Part shown: positions 14,521 to 29,288 of the stretch, in pieces
Position numbering within the stretch: position 1 is the stretch's first letter
Layout: every line of letters starts with the position of its first letter
Assembly: GCF_006345805.1 (NCBI RefSeq)
Contig: NC_042998.1
Coordinates: forward strand, 130,138,001 to 130,202,000
Reading direction: 5' to 3'
DNA: 64,000 nucleotides
Source of the DNA: Octopus sinensis
Taxonomy: Eukaryota
Translations under genes and position numbers: made by a program
Notes under the pieces: generated by a model
The model's input: only the letters and a program-made list of their open reading frames with translations
What the model was told of the DNA's origin: nothing
Database searches by the model: none

Positions 14521-15277
14521 GTACAGTTTTTGCGAGAGAGAAAGAGAGTGAGGAAGACTGGAGAATGAGAAAGAAAATTTCAGAAACAAAGCTTTTCTGA
14601 GGGAAGAATTTTAGCGTGCGAATGTATGTGTTTGGATGAATGTTCGTGAGATAAAAAATGGGAGTGTTGAGAGGAAGAATGTGCGTGTTTGAAAGATGAA
14701 AATTATTTTGATAGTGGTGGAGAGAGGGTAAGGTTAGAATAAAAGTGTGGATATGACAATATAGAAAAAAAAATATGCAGGGAAAAACAAGAGACGGTAT
14801 CGCGAGTAGAAAGACAGAGGAAGGTCTAGCGATTAAAATGGGGATATTTATAGAGAAAACTATAAAGGGAGTAACTTAAAGAAACGGTGTTGCCAGTGAA
14901 GAGCGATAAATGTTGTTGTTTCTATTGATATTAAGATTGCCGTGATTGTTGTGTGTTATCTTGTTCAAGTTGCTGTGATTATTAATGTGGATGTTGTACT
15001 TTGATATTTTTTTTATTATTATTGATGATTACAAGAACGATTGTAAAGAGATTGAAAAGAGATGAGATGCATAGCAAGAGGAACTGTGATGTGAATAATG
15101 GAGAGAAACATATTGGGAGAAGTGAAATAAATTACCAAAGAAATCAAGATTGTTAATGAAAGAGAGGAAAGAGTGAATCAATCTAATTCATATATATGTA
15201 TATATATATATATATATAATATATATATATATAAATATGTATGGGTGGATGTATGTATGAGTATGTGTGTGTTTGTA

Positions 15278-15401
<124 letters not shown>

Positions 15402-18191
15402 TACAAATACACGGGTGCACACACGCGCATACATACACACACATATTTATAGACAAGGGAAGAGAATTGACGAAGAATGTGGTTGTAGGGCGCTGAACTA
15501 AAGAAAGGAAGAGCTTAAAAATATATTCTGAAAACATGTGTCGGCATACGCCAACTTGTTTAAAATGGAAGGCAAACAAACATGAAGTTTGAATGATATA
15601 ACAATATTTGTGAGCATCATTGTGACTACGGCTGTGTTTATTCGAGTTACTGGACATGTTAGTAGTATATTGATGATGAGGTGGTTCAGCTTGGGTTGTG
15701 GATTTTACAGTTAATAATATCGTGGTTGTTATTAATATGAAGAATTTTAATGAGTTTCATTTCTAAGATTACTTGCTGTTGATTTTTCTTAGTGATTTAT
15801 TAAAATACAAATTGAGTAAAAATTAACAAAAGTATAGTGAGAAGAATGGTTCATGAAAATTATAAAATGTTTAAAGGATAGCAATGCAAGCATACATGTT
15901 TCGACGTGCATACATACATATGTGTATGCGTGGCCCGCTATGGAAATGCATACTTGCTCCTATCTGTGCATGTGTTTATGTAAACATGTTAGAATGCCTC
16001 TATGTCTGTGATGATGTACGTTATTGTAAGCGTACCTGTGTGTGTTTATGAATCTGCAAACGAAGGAAAGAAAATTAGATAAATAACGTAAAAGGGAAAC
16101 TGGCAAAAGAATATGGGAAAAAAATATAAAACTTAGTTTGATAGAGAGAGAGAGATGAGAGATATTCTGGAGAAAGGAAAGCTTGGAAACTAATAATTGA
16201 GCTAATTAACAAGATATAAGAAGGGTTTTGCGGTAAGTAAACAGAGAAAGAGACGAATTATGGAGAGAGGAAGAAAGGAATGACTGAATGAACAAAAATT
16301 GAGAAAGCCAAAACGAGTATATGTGTGTGTAATGTGTGTGGATGTATTCTTGCGTGTATGTGTGTGTGTGTGTGTTTGTGTGTGTGGTTTATTTGGAAAT
16401 TCTAATATAACTGCGAAAATGAGGAAAATATCAAGTTCGATGTATGATTATGAAAGAATAAAATGAGAAAATGATAAAAGGTTGCGAGAGAAGAGAAGAC
16501 AGAAGGAAAAAAGAAATAATGGGTGTCACTATGAGAGAAAAAACAACAAAAGAAATTAGATATAAGAAAGTAAAAGTAAGGATATCTAACGATGGTGTGA
16601 TAAACAAAAGATACGTAAGTGTTGTGAGGATACACAAAATATAGAGAGTGAATGAATTTATTAAACGTTATAGAAGTAGCAGAAAAAGAAAGAAATGTGT
16701 TTTTGACTCATATCTATGTTTCAGTCTTACTACCAATGTTTACTTATTTTTACTGTCGCAATCACCTAAGACATCTATCTTTAACACCACGCCCTTTCGA
16801 TGCCACATGTAGAGAGCAGTGCCAATGTTCTTTGCATGTGTACAAATATATTTCTGTATCTGTATTCCTGTGTCACCTGCATGCATAGCGAAACCTTTAC
16901 ATGCGTTTGTGATGTATGTATGTATGTATGTATGTATGTATGTATGTATGTATGTATGTATGTATGTATGCATACATGCATGTATGTATGTGTGTGTGTG
17001 TGTGCGTGTATGTTTGTTTGTTTATGCGCGCCTGTGTTTGTGTGTTGTAGTAGTTGAAAGTGCACATATATCATTAAAAGCGAAAACAGACAAATTTTTT
17101 TTGTGTGTATGTAACAAATATTGTCATCAAGCAATCTTGTAAATGCATACACAGAAATACTTAGATCTCTCTTTGTCTTTTCCATATATACATACACTGA
17201 AACATATATAGGAAAATATTTACATTCTCAAACACATACACACATACATATACATACATATGCATACACATGTATGTATGTGTATTTGTGCGTGTGTGTG
17301 TGCGTGCGTATGTGTGTGTGTTTGCGTATGTGTGTATGTTTGCGTATGTGTCTAAAGTATGCCAACGGTGAAACAGGCATTGATATAAATAGTGGTAGAA
17401 CATTAAGCAGTGTCTTCATTAAGCGAAATCGCTTTCTCTTCTACGCCGTTCTACTATTCTCTACTTTCCCCTTCATCATGTTAATTGTGCTGTACGTTTG
17501 CAGACAATACTAATGGCTTCATCCAAAAGACCTTGAACATATTTCCGCGAAAATTCCTCCATTGTAATTTATTTATTTCGTATTTATTTACTATTGAAGA
17601 TTTGTGATTAATTCTATATTCCCTATATTTTTCTATGTTTGGATAATGGTGATGGGGCGGCGGATGTGTTATCACCCATTAAATCTGTGTATGCATTTTT
17701 TGTATCTAACGTTGTTATGAGCTCATCTCATGTTACTAGATTCCTGCTTTTGCTATGCATTCCTTTTCCCTTTGATATTTATTTATACTTTTTCTCTGAT
17801 ATTTATTTTTTACTGTATTTGTCGATATATATTGAATCAACATATTTTTTCGCTTATTTATTTCTTCGTTTCCTTCTTTCGTTTCTATTTCATTCATTAT
17901 TTTAGTCCCTGTCGCAAGAATGATATATTTAGTTGTTTACTATGCTTCATTCATTCATATTTTATTTATTTATCTTATTTACACATTCTAGCATGCATTC
18001 AAACAGGTGTATTTGTAAGCATATATCTCTATATAATAATGGCCTACATAATTAGGATTACATCATAAAAAGAGAAAGGAAAGGAGAGAGAGTGAGTGAG
18101 GCTAAAAATGAAATACAGGCAAAGAGAAAGAGCTAACTAAGAACTGAAGTCGAAGAGAGGAAAACTGTGAAAAACAAGTGCCAAAGGGAGA

Positions 18192-20170
18192 GAGGGCGCT
18201 ATTACTCCAAAGGGCACTACCTTGTCGTGTTAAGAGGGCTTCCACCCATGGATGGAGCTTAATCGCAAATATATAACCATGCAGAAGCAGTCCTACTACA
18301 TTCGGTTAACCAAAAGCGTCCGGGACCTCTCAAAGCGCGCTACCGTACCACACAAGGGACTAGGCTTAATACTGAGACGATACGACAGGGTCGCTACTGT
18401 AGCGCCGTTTCATCCACACACATGGCTGATTATCGGATGGGCCCTTCTGACAGATGCTATCATTTGTGGGTGATCTAATCTCGAGTCCGGGCGCTGCGCT
18501 CAGTTCTAGGTTCTCCGTGTAGGCTTGAAATTGGACGAGTGAGCTGTCCACGCTCATCCGATCCGCTTTTCAGATAACAGGAGTTGCCCTGACAGATTCT
18601 ATTATGCTTGGTTTATTCTTGCTTTTGAGGGGACACACGATCGGCAGATGCCGTGCGGGCGAGATTCGCACCTGTTGCTGCTGATTAGACCAAGACAGAA
18701 GGGCGATCATCGACTAGCAGTCTACACATTCACCCTGTGTGTCAGCGTTCTCATCGGTTGGAGACATGAATGTTACACTAGCGTTCCCCAATAGGTGCAA
18801 CCATAGTCAAAAGGCCTGTATTAATGCTATTTAGCTCGCGAATGTTTTCAGTGAATTAAAAGAACCCAATCTGACAATGGCAATGCAGATGAAAAAGGGT
18901 CTTCATGCTCGATAAGTGCTCTGAGTTCTATCGGGAAGTGGGGCTAGAAGTTAATGCACCTGGTTCTCCGTAAAAAAGCTGAAGGGAACCCTTCCTCGTC
19001 AAAATGGATACCCTGCAGACGATCGAAAGTATCCCACTCAAGAATATTGAGTAAGGAGACACAAAGTTTCCTACCGACTCGAGAAGTTTCATAGAAGTGT
19101 CTCGCAATGTGCTCTTCTGAAACCGCACCAAAGGTTCCATCTTTTCTGCTAGTATTACCTGCTTAGATTGTGCTATAGACGATGCCTAACTGGGGAATAC
19201 TCAAGAGATTTACAAGGTGCAAGAAGTTGAAGCAATGAGGATCATTGGGATCTAGGACAGAGCATTTAGGAAAAGATGTACGCAAAACATGTTGCGAGAC
19301 TGACTCCCCATAGAAGTCAAATCGCACAATTAGATCCTGAAGTCGAGGCGTAGGCACCGCAGATACCATCTAATGCAGTGGCTTCTTTGGTTGCTTCCCG
19401 TTGGCACACAGAGAAGGATGCGTACAGGGCATGATCAATGTCATGAGCGTAGATAGATCGCGCTACCAACACAAGACAGCTGAAGAAAAATGAAACGCCA
19501 GAGACGTAACTTACATCGTATTGCAAGCAGGTAGATAGAATGCAGGTAGGCCGCTTATAACCATCCCCATCGGCCGTGTGATCGTTTTTTCCGTGTGTGC
19601 TTCGAGTGAACGGATTTTCTGGGAGAGATCTAAGGCTGGATGCTCACCCATCAGTGCGGGAACAGTCATCGTGCTTTCGGTAAACCGAACCACATGGTAA
19701 TTTGCATCTCTAACGTATTTCCTCAATACAAAGTAGTTCCATGTGTTTCGGGTATACCGAACTAGGGAATTTCCGGTGACCCTAAAGGAGTGCTGGGAAC
19801 CAGCTAAGGTTGGATGCCTCAATCAATAGGGAGCCGACCGTACTCCGCTCAAAAGAAGACCGGATCTATGAAATACCGGGTGTTGAAAAATACTCACGTG
19901 TTCTCTGGCGTATGTTGGTTCGGGTCGTCCGCTAGAGAGACGAAGACTTTTGTGGAGAGTCCTTTACTCACCTAGGGTCCGAGAGTCGTTGAATCTTGCA
20001 GTCTACACCCCTGGTGAAGTGCCGGTCCATCCGGGCATATGATGTCCGCTTCTTCTGATACCGATCTCGCCTTATCCTCAGTGGGGAAGGAGTTTTTCAG
20101 ACAGTGGGTAGTGACGATGTACGCCCGTTTCACGCGCGTTAGTGTCGACGAGAGCGTGAAACCGCCCTCG
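18192..20170. other. ~2-kb compositional island (~50% GC, CpG-rich, no microsatellites, no long ORF), origin unknown
   Basis: Three hand-counted 60-nt lines gave 53%, 42% and 55% GC against AT-rich flanks. The longest ORF is 103 aa with no recognisable domain. Confidence 0.7.
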
Positions 20171-20371
20171 TTACTACTAGATTAAAATAAGGAAACCTAT
20201 TATGGAACAAGCACATAGACGCCTAATGCATAACACATGCTCACACACAAACACCCGAACACACACATGTTCACGCATTCGCATTTATATGCGCAAATAT
20301 ACGTACACATATATATATATGAATATATATTTTTCTCTCTAGTTTCAGCTCAGAGCTGCCGCCATGCTGAT

Positions 20372-20420
<49 letters not shown>

Positions 20421-21589
20421 TACATATATATATATACACATACATATATATGCACACAAGCATACACACACACGCTCACACACATGCACACATATAATAA
20501 ATTTCCACGTGACATAGATTTTAAGACTTGCTCACTGGATTTTATTCAATCCACTAAATCTTGAAGACCAATTCAACAAAAAATGTACAATTAAATTGAC
20601 TTCATTCTCGGAACTGATTCAGCTAATTCATAAATGTTGTTATTTCTAAAATAGCTTCAAATTCACATGAATTCAACACACACGCGTACATTCACGAAAC
20701 TCTGCATGCTCTTATTTGAATTAAATGTAATAAATATTAATTAAAATACTCTATTCTATTAAAACATGTATAGAGGCGCACGAAGAAGTTCCTCTGTATG
20801 CATTTTAGTAATAAGATTAAAATATATGTGTATACAGTTATATTATATTTAACACTTTCATTTCCAGTCGGACGTGGAAAGTCATTTGCAGCGGAAATTA
20901 TCTTGGGAGGAAAAAATCTCATTTAGTTAATTTGTGGCTATGAATGACGTCATCAAATTGTAGGACGCAAGCATTTTTTCGTCGTCGTGCTTCGCCAGCT
21001 TTCGTTTATACCCTATTAATACGAATCTGTTTTGAAATTTATGCAGCAAATATCACATGAGATGATATCGTAGAGTTTGTTCACGCGGCAACTAATAAAC
21101 TAGGCATACAAAGCTGTATTGGATGAAATAAATTTATATGCAGTGGTATTCAGCATGTTTGTGTATACTTGGACATGAAAAGAACATCGCTGCCAAAACC
21201 GCCTTGACAGAAAAATGATCAAAAATTGTATGTGAAAACGCGTTATGCGTGAAATATTATTTTACAGTGATTTCATTCAGTGCTGCTTCGTGCATCTCTG
21301 CTCACCTAATCCTTGCTGTAATAAGTTTCGCATATCAGGAAATGTACCATTTGCTGTTTACATATAAGAACAGTTCTTTCTTAGTGTACTATGAACGACG
21401 ATTGTTGATGATGATGAGAGAAACAATGCAGAAACGTCGTTGTTTTTCAGTCAGATGATGTCATTCATAGCCCGTTAATATGTTTTCAAACACGATGTCC
21501 TATACGAAGAATATTTCTTACCCGAAATTTCCAAAGCGAATGTCTTTTCACGTCTGAATGTAAACAAGCGTGTTAAACATTATGTACAC

Positions 21590-21648
<59 letters not shown>

Positions 21649-22289
21649 AACAACAAAAAACAAAAAACTCCTACAAATACATATTGTCTAACCTTGGGTA
21701 GAATTAAAACTGTATGAGGTAAATCCATGTTAACAAAACACATTTGTATATTATGAGGGGAATCAAAACTGTATTACTGTTGAAAATAGTCTCGCTTATG
21801 TTTATAATTGCATATTGTTACTGCAAATATGTAAATCTCTGTTTTTAGGATTTGTAGGATGTGTTCTTTATAACAGTACAATATAAATACTTTACAGTGT
21901 AATGTATATTAGGCAGAATTCTTCGTGATAGAAAAATCAATTTCAATAACCTCTATATAAATTCTGTCACCACTTCATTTGGTTATCCACACTTTGAAAT
22001 TCTGTCTCGTTTCGAATATACACTCGGGTTGCAATTACTATGCTTCTCGTTCATTAATTCCTGTTGTCATTTAATAGTATATACCTTCAATCACACAATC
22101 TAGGATCCAACCACAATTGATTTCACTTTCATAATTGTCCGTTGCGATTCATTTAAGAAGCAGTTCATCACATTTTAGCTGACACCCATTTATTCAGTTA
22201 TTCTATTTCTCTGATACACCAATTCATATTCATATATGCATATCAACTATCGTTAGTTAGTGATTTTTTTCTTAAAAACAGCTTAGTTA

Positions 22290-22343
<54 letters not shown>

Positions 22344-24997
22344 TATATATATAAATAGATAAATGCATATATATATATATTTATATATAAATAGATATGT
22401 GTGTATTTATATGCGTATATACGTATGTGTGTACTTGTGTGTATATGTGTGTATGTGTGAGTGTGTGTATATGTGTGAATGTGTGTGTGTATGCACATAT
22501 TTATGTGGCAAGAACATTAGACCATTAGTCAAAATGTCTTGAATTATTTAGTTTCGTTATTTTACATACCAATATTTATTTATCGCACAGAAGTCGATTT
22601 TGATTTTCATTCTTCCAGATTTATGAAATCATATCCAACTTATTAATTAAATACTTCCCTAAATATGTTCGACCTTATACCGATATTGATATTATTTGTA
22701 TAAGGGTTTAATCATTCTCTTCTTTCACATTCATTCGAAGTCATTAAATAATTCATTAAACTCACCATTCATTCATACATCCATATTGTCCTTGTTTTCA
22801 ACTGTTAATTTTATTTGAGAGCGATAGCTTTCAAGCAATTTTATGCCTCATAACCGACTGGAACTTAGAACATGTGAATCGAGCTTAGAACATGTGCTGT
22901 TCGATCTTGTTTTCCTAGTTAATGAACATTGTATGGAACTAGTGGTTCTTATTATGTCAGCGAAGTACTGATGTTGCTGTCACTATAAATAAATTGGTTA
23001 GTCTATTTAGTAGTAAAAGATAACATTGACAGGTACATATTATGTCAGAAAAATTTCGCCAACTTCTCATCTCATTTGACCTAATCTACACATTCCTTCA
23101 GTACAGAGGTAATCGAATGCTAGGTTTGTTTTTAGTCCTATTTTATTTAACATAATAAACCTAAAATGCAGAGGACCTGGTAACTGGTGATGGCTATCAT
23201 GAAAAAAATGTAGTGAAGTTTATGAGTTAGAATTAGTTCATATATCTTGGATATAAAGATAAAAGTGATATATTGCTTATGAAAATGACACTGCATGTTA
23301 TATTTTCTTCTAGCCACTGCTATCATCATATAAATTTCAAAGATGTTTACCTCTAGTTCGCAGCCACACAATTTTGGCAAGAGTTCAGCCAGTTTAAATG
23401 ACAACCGTGCAAATTTGCTAATTTATCAAGCCCTGAAAGATGATATACAAAACCGTCCAGGGAACAACGAAATCCATTTTTTCCTGTACCGTCCGATTCG
23501 ATGAATTTGCTGTCATCTATTATAATTTTTCAACTCTGATTCCTGATTCATGGATAGTTTTATATTTTTCTCTAATATTTATATTTATTTAATTTTTTTT
23601 AATCACATAACAAATAATTTGGCTTAATCCTCTTCTATTTGTTTCATTAAATTGTTAATAACTGGTGGTACACTTAATTACTTGTGCCGTTACGGTCACA
23701 CATTGATCTTTGACAGCTTTTACATCTATTTAATACAAGCATCTCTAACGAAGACACTTATATGAAAATGACTTAATGTCTAGTTATTTTGCTTCCTAGT
23801 ACAGCAGCCACTAGCTGCTACTTACACTCCTATTTCACCCAACGCTTTGTGAGAAGATTTTTCTGAAATCCGTGGTTTCTGCACTTCTCCTGTGACAAAA
23901 TAAACCATATAAAATATGCGTTTATTTAACTTTTCCATTAGTTTATTAATAAATTTATTTCTTCATCACCGCTTCAAAAAGAAAAGTATCATTCAATTTT
24001 TAATTCGATCTTGCATTTGCACCCGCTGTATTTTGTATTTATTTATTTCCTCATTTCATTATATTCCCTTACTTTATATATTTTCTTATTTTATAATTTT
24101 TTATTCTATTGTTTCATTTTGAAATATTTCCCACCTTAATCTATTTTCTATAATACTATTTTCGATTATATATTCGTACATAAAGTGGTAACATATTTAA
24201 TAAAATATTAGTGATCACTAACATATTTGATGAAGTTAGGCAAGCAGTGTTAATTAATTACAGGAAAACCCGTGCTAAGGAGAAAAAATCATAAACTAAA
24301 TTATTAATTCTGATCAAGAAATGTTGGGGAGAAAACACACGAATTAAAATTAATTAATATTAATTAAAAATAGAATACAGTGTCTCATATATTTCTGTCA
24401 TTACTATGACAGCTCTGGACATACTTCAGTGTATGTTTAATATATTTAATTTGTGTTCATATTAAATACATACTCTCACCCAGATATGGTGCCCATCCTT
24501 TTGATTAATCAATGTTCATTGATGTATTGTTCTCTTAATATTTATTATATATTTCTTGGTTGCAAGCACTCACACGGGTGCGGGCGTAAACACACTCAAC
24601 ATGTACTTGTGTCTCTGAGTGTGTGCGCGCGTATAAATATATATAAACGAAGCTATATATGTACAAATATTCATACATGTCTATGCCCACACTCACGAAT
24701 GCAGCACTACGCGCATACATAGACATACATACACTCACACAAAATCGATGGAGATTAAGGTATACTAAAATCGACTACATTTAAAAATGAAGGTTAAGTG
24801 TCTCCTTAACACCGACAGTCTCACCGGACCGGAATTCTGCAGACTAGTGAAGAACTGAATAGATATCGTATTCAGATAAATTTAATTGCGTTGGATTTGA
24901 TTCGGAAAAATTTCGATTGTATGTGATACGGTGTTAATCATCAATGTTGGTGGTCCCTTGTTTGTACATCTTAATCTATTAATATACATCTATATTA

Positions 24998-25388
24998 AAG
25001 CGGAGAGCTGGCAGAAACGTTAGCATGCCGGGTGAAATGCTTTGCGGTATTTCGTCTGTCTTTACGTTCTGAGTTCAAATTCCGCCGAGGTCGACTTTGC
25101 CTTTCATCCTTTTGGGGTCGACAAATTAAGTACCAGGTGAGTACTGTGGTCGATCTAATCGACTTGCTCCCTCTCCAAAAATTTCGGACCTTATGCCTAG
25201 AGTAGAAAAGAATAACTGGCAAATTGGCAAATCGTCTTTACGTTCTGAGTTCCATCTTCGCCATCGAATTTATCTTTTGATCCTTTCAAGATGGATAAAA
25301 TAAATGCCAGCTGAGTATTGGGGTCGATGTAATCAATTTATCTCCTCCCTCGGAATTGCTCACTTTGTATTAAATATCGAAATCAGTA
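24998..25388 (+). mobile_element. Family A SINE followed by a 5'-truncated second copy
   Basis: GAGCTGGCAGAAACGTTAGCATGCCGGG...GAGTTCAAATTCCGCCGAGGTCGACTTTGCCTTTCATCC. A second CGTCTTTACGTTCTGAGTTC starts near 25232. Confidence 0.8.
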
Positions 25389-26473
25389 TGAGTTTATATG
25401 TATATACTAAAGCACGCATGAGTGTTTCTTCGTTATTTTGGACAACCAATATTATTTTATAATAGTTGTTTTTTAGTGAATCAGAATCAGAATTGTACAG
25501 CATTTCTGACCAAGGTCTTTAACCCCCTGTATTATCAATGGCATCTTTAGGATCGTCCATAGTTCATTCATTGTGGTCAGCCATTAATTTATGAAAACTT
25601 TTTTCTGCTCTATCACTTGTCTTCTTACCACGAGAAATTTACCACAGAATAAATTGATTTATTAGCATATTTCGTATTGTCACTATATTAGACACTATCC
25701 TGTGTTTCTCTATTCCACTTCACATTTTTGCGTCGGGTTATGTCCATGTAAATACATACATACATACATACATACATACATACATACATACATACATACA
25801 TACATACATACATACATACATACATACATACATGCATACATACATACATACATACACACATACATACATACATACATGCATACATATATGCATACATGCA
25901 TTCATGTATACTTATTTCGTCTAACAGGAAACGAAGAAAAAGAAAAACAATAAAGAATGGAATGATTTGAGTTTAGGTGCTAAATGCTATTATTAAAAGC
26001 TACAGTCTAATATTTCTGTCACTCCTCAGGTTTTTTTTATCACAATTACAATGCAGAATGGTAAATAAAACTGCCTAGTGGATGGTGTAAAAAGTAAACA
26101 GAGAAATCTGAATACAAAACCAGACAGAAGGTGGAAAATTGAATGATACGGAGAACGAAATCGTGGGAAGAAGAAAAGGGAAAAATGGAAATAGAGAGAC
26201 AGAGATAGAGAGAGAGAGGGAAAGAGGGCGAGAAAGAAGATAAAAGCGTAAAAGAAATTGGAATAGGATAAAAGGAATAAAAATACGCAGAGCAAGAACC
26301 TGTTTATTTATATGATTCCATGTTATTCGCCAATCCATCAAAATATGTTGATGGATTGGCACATTAAAGGGGAAAATAACGAAAGCAAAATAGTCACTTT
26401 TTTTTACTTCTAGAATGTCTTTCAGAGGAGAAAAAAATAATACAGACTTGAACACTTACACACACACACAAGC

Positions 26474-26508
<35 letters not shown>

Positions 26509-26712
26509 CATACACGTACGCACGCACACTCTCAAACGCATGCGCACACTCACACACACGCACACACGCACGCAAAAGGGCTTGCACATATATACACATG
26601 CACATACATGTACATGTATACATAACGTACGCGTGGAATATATATATATATAAATATATTTATACATCTACACGTATATGCATACAAACACACAAAAACA
26701 CCCACATATTTA

Positions 26713-26743
<31 letters not shown>

Positions 26744-26822
26744 ATACATGTGTATTTGTATTCATATATATGTATTCATCAATCATGTATATATAGGAAC
26801 ACACATTAATATATATATGTGC

Positions 26823-26854
<32 letters not shown>

Positions 26855-27050
26855 ACATATATATATATATACATAGACATACGTATATGTACATATATAT
26901 GTGTATATATATGTATATATATATATATATATATAGGAACACACATTAATATATATATGTGCATATATATATATTTATATATATATATATATACATAGAC
27001 ATACGTATATGTACATATATATGTGTATATATATGTATATATATATATAT

Positions 27051-27081
<31 letters not shown>

Positions 27082-28200
27082 CATACAGCAAAGAGGATTT
27101 GAAAATGCAGAGATATTTTAGAAATGTTTATTGACTTGACCGGTTTCACTTTTTTAAAAAAGATTATTAAAAGTAAAATGTAACGACTTGTGTAATTCGT
27201 AAAAGACTTGAACAGCTATGCAATATATATTTTAACCAGAGTTCTGTTATCCAGTGTCGTTTTACTTCATTAAAAAGTAAACTAAAATGTGATAAGCAAT
27301 TGCATTTTATATCTCGCTGAAAATTTCATTTATCACCCATAGAAGTTCACTTATTGAGGTTTATCATTTAAGCTTTCCTCGATTCCTCGTGATGTTGCTT
27401 TGCATTATAATAAAATAAATATATACAAATTATAAAAATAAATAAAAAGTATATAGTACAGAACTGTTTCTACTTCGCGGATTTTCACCTATCACTCGGG
27501 GGGTGGGGGTGGGATGTTTGGAATGTAACATCCGCGATAGTCAAGGGATTATTATATATATATGTAGTTATAAATAATATTTATTTATTTCGACATTGGA
27601 TTGCGTACGGCCCTGAAAGATTTTAGTGGACCGAACGGACCCAAGTACTTTTAAAATTTTGTTATTTAAGCCATCGGACTCGCTTGCCAGACTCCCATGT
27701 TACCGTAAAAAAAACCCCATTGGCCAAGCGATAGAGAGACAAACGTACAGACACGTATAAAGATACACGCAAATGCACACACATACCTACACGCATACAT
27801 ACATACATGCATACATACACACACGCGCGCATACGTATATATATGTATGTATGTATTTGTGTGTGTGTGTTTGTTTCAGTATCCGCATGAATGTGTACAT
27901 GTGTATAGATATTATTACTGCTTGGATTAATTTATGCATCTTTTATTATGCGCAGAAGCGTTTTTGAGTATATCTGGAAGAGTTCACGTATTATTTACTG
28001 CATCAATTTGTACATGCTTATGTGTTTACGTATGTGAATATATATATATATATGAATAAGTACACACACACGTATACACACAGAGACACACAGAGACATT
28101 ATATATACATACATGTGTGAATATATATATATGCATGTGTGTGTACATATATGTATATATGTGTATATACATATATATATATATATATATACTCTTTTTA

Positions 28201-28432
28201 CTCTTTTACTTGTTTCAGTCATTTGATTGCGGTCATTTGACTGTGGCCATGCTAGAGCACCGCCTTTAGTCGAGCAAATCGACCCCAGGACTCATTCTTT
28301 GTATGCTTAGTACTTATTCTATCAGTCTCTTTTGCCGAATTGCTAAGATACGTGGACGTAAACACACCAGCACCGGTTGTCAAGCGATGTGGGGGGGGGC
28401 AGACACACAGACACACATACACACACACACTC

Positions 28433-28469
<37 letters not shown>

Positions 28470-28635
28470 TACGAAGGGCTTCTTTCAGTTTCCGTCTACC
28501 AAATTCAATCACGAGGCTTTGGTCCACCCGAAGCTATAGTCGGAAACACTTGCCCAAGGTGCCACGCAGTGGGACTGAATCTGGAACCATCTTGTTGGTA
28601 AGCAAGTTTCTTACCACACTGCCACTCCTGCGCCT
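28201..28635 (-). mobile_element. Full-length family B SINE (tRNA head, CORE-like segment, internal microsatellite, LINE-like tail)
   Basis: Reverse strand: AGGCGCAGGAGTGGCAGTGTGGTAAG...GGTTCCAGATTCAGTCCCACTGCGTGGCACCTTGGGCAAGTG...(TA/TG)n...GGCGGTGCTCTAGCATGGCC. CCTTGGGCAAGT resembles the CORE-SINE domain; octopus OR SINEs are known CORE-SINEs. Confidence 0.85.
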
Positions 28636-28820
28636 ATACACACATAAATGTATATATACATATACATGTATAAGCACTCAAACTCATTTATATATACATA
28701 TATTTCTGCAGGTGTGCATGTGTATGTACACCCGTACAGATATACAGGTGAATGTGTCTTGTTCTGTTTGTGTGTGTGTGTGTGTTCATATTTTTTTAAA
28801 GAGTTAATTTGGTATGTCAT

Positions 28821-29053
28821 AAGGCAGTGTGCTGGCAGAACCGTTAGCACGCCGGGCGAAATGCGTAGCCGTATTTCGTCTGCCGCTACGTTCTGAGTTC
28901 AAATTCCGCCGAGGTCGACTTTACCTTTCATCCTTTCGGGGTCGATAAATTAAGTTCCAGTTACGTACTGGGGTCGATGTAATCCACTTAATCCGTTTGT
29001 CTGTCCCCGTTTGTCCCTTCTATGTTTAGCCCCTTGTGGGTAATAAAGAAATA
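28821..29053 (+). mobile_element. Full-length family A SINE
   Basis: Head GCTGGCAGAACCGTTAGCACGCCGGGCGAAATG, box B-like GAGTTCAAATTCC, tail GTAATAAAGAAATA. Confidence 0.85.
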
Positions 29054-29288
29054 CATAAATATGTTTTCTAACACAATGTTCTGTAACGTATGTACTTCAC
29101 ATACGCATATACGTTCATTCACATGCACGGTGAAACACACACACGCACACACACACGTTCCCGTTGACATTCACATTGGCAACCACATCAATACGCATAT
29201 ACACACATTGCTATATACAGACACTACCTTACACTCAGGTTCCTTCTCCCTCACCTCTCACACTTCTTTTTACAATATATGTAGGGCT

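Noticed and set aside
19480-19512. Hammerhead-like string CTGAAGA-AAAAT-GAAACG...CGTA in the GC island
   Set aside because: Helix I cannot form (flanks GACAG and ACTTA are not complementary) and helix II is only 1 bp; consistent with chance.
19511-19822. 103-aa minus-strand ORF and nearby GTRAGT donor-like motifs in the island
   Set aside because: No recognisable domain; ORF length and three donor-like hexamers are near chance expectation for 2 kb at 50% GC.
26790-27065. Local duplication of ~130 bp of TA-rich sequence
   Set aside because: Ordinary slippage or duplication within low-complexity DNA.
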